From positions 55,262 to 75,261 of the forward strand of contig MEDY01000109.1 of the NCBI GenBank assembly GCA_001724265.1: a stretch of DNA of 20,000 nt. The letters are read 5' to 3'. Each line of letters begins with the position of its first letter. The stretch's first letter is position 1. The notes beneath the pieces were generated by a model. The model did not search any database. It was given only the letters and a program-made list of their open reading frames with translations, and was not told where the DNA came from. Positions 19,366 to 20,000 of this stretch are shown here, piece by piece. Position numbers and translations under genes: made by a program. This DNA comes from Rhizaria sp. SCN 62-66 (Eukaryota).

Positions 19366-20000
19366 TTACTCGTCATCCGAGTCGGAGTCAGCCATCAAAG
19401 CGCGCTGCTTGGCGGCCTTGGCAATCTAAAGTACGAAAAGAGAAAAGAGAACACAAAAAAATGTAATAATCAATCAGCATGAGACACAATTAACCGCACG
19501 ACGATCAGATCCGCATACAAATGTAAAACTACATTAAAATGCATGCTAAAATGTACGGCAAGCTCATGATATCCAATGCATTCGTATTGGCATATGTTTG
19601 TAATGGTGAACGTACGGTGACGGCCTCGTCGACGATCTCCTTAGGGACGGAGACGGCCTTGTAACTGCTGGCGGCGCACTGCCACATCATCTCGACCTCA
19701 AAGGGCTTGTCCTTGACGTCGTCGTGGAGCTTGTGGAGGATAAGCGCAATGAGCGCCACGGCCTCGCGGACCGTGATTTGGTCGAAGCGGATCTTCTCCA
19801 GCTCCGTCTTGGCGCCCTGGCGGTGGCGGCCCACGGCCACGGCGTGCTGCTTCAGCACCACGCCCGTGGGCGCGATCGAGTAGAGCGCGGCGCCGTCCTC
19901 TTCGTCGTAGGTCGACATGACGGCCGACACGCCGTAGGGCCGCTCGGACCAGTAGATGGTCGTGGTGTGGACGCGGCCGCCGACGCGCTCGGCCAGCACG
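19366..20000 (-). CDS. PSMA3: 20S proteasome subunit alpha-7 (alpha type-3), 5'-truncated by the window edge; exons >20000-19616 and 19425-19366
   Basis: LAERV..VH..TIYWSERPYG, GRHRQGAKTELEKI, HDDVKDKPFEVEMMW and an acidic tail (ADSDSDDE*) match the PSMA3/Pre10 pattern. The intron is GTACGT...tactttAG. Confidence 0.92.
19426..19615 (-). other. Last intron of PSMA3 (190 nt, phase 0)
   Basis: Minus strand ACC|GTACGT...ctcttttcgtactttAG|ATT GCC AAG. Confidence 0.9.

Overview
Compact eukaryotic (protist-like) genomic DNA with GC-rich coding exons and AT-rich intergenic regions. All four coding-region introns found are 121-190 nt and begin GTACGT. There are four genes: (1) + strand, a ~790-aa secreted low-complexity protein ending in three 6-Cys modules; (2) - strand, three-exon EMC6; (3) + strand, a giant DEK1/TML-type transmembrane calpain (about 23 TM helices, long linker, CysPc with intact Cys/His/Asn, C2L, repeat tail; ~4,890 codons); (4) - strand, the 3' part of proteasome alpha-7 (PSMA3). 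The most striking observation is a single in-frame TAG (13676-13678, context GGA TAG CAA CAG) that separates the membrane half of the calpain from its protease half. There is no intron or intergenic signature there, and the same peptide repeat occurs on both sides. This points to stop-codon readthrough, UAG recoding, or a nonsense/sequence error. The calpain C2L domain also appears split by a ~760-aa low-complexity insertion.
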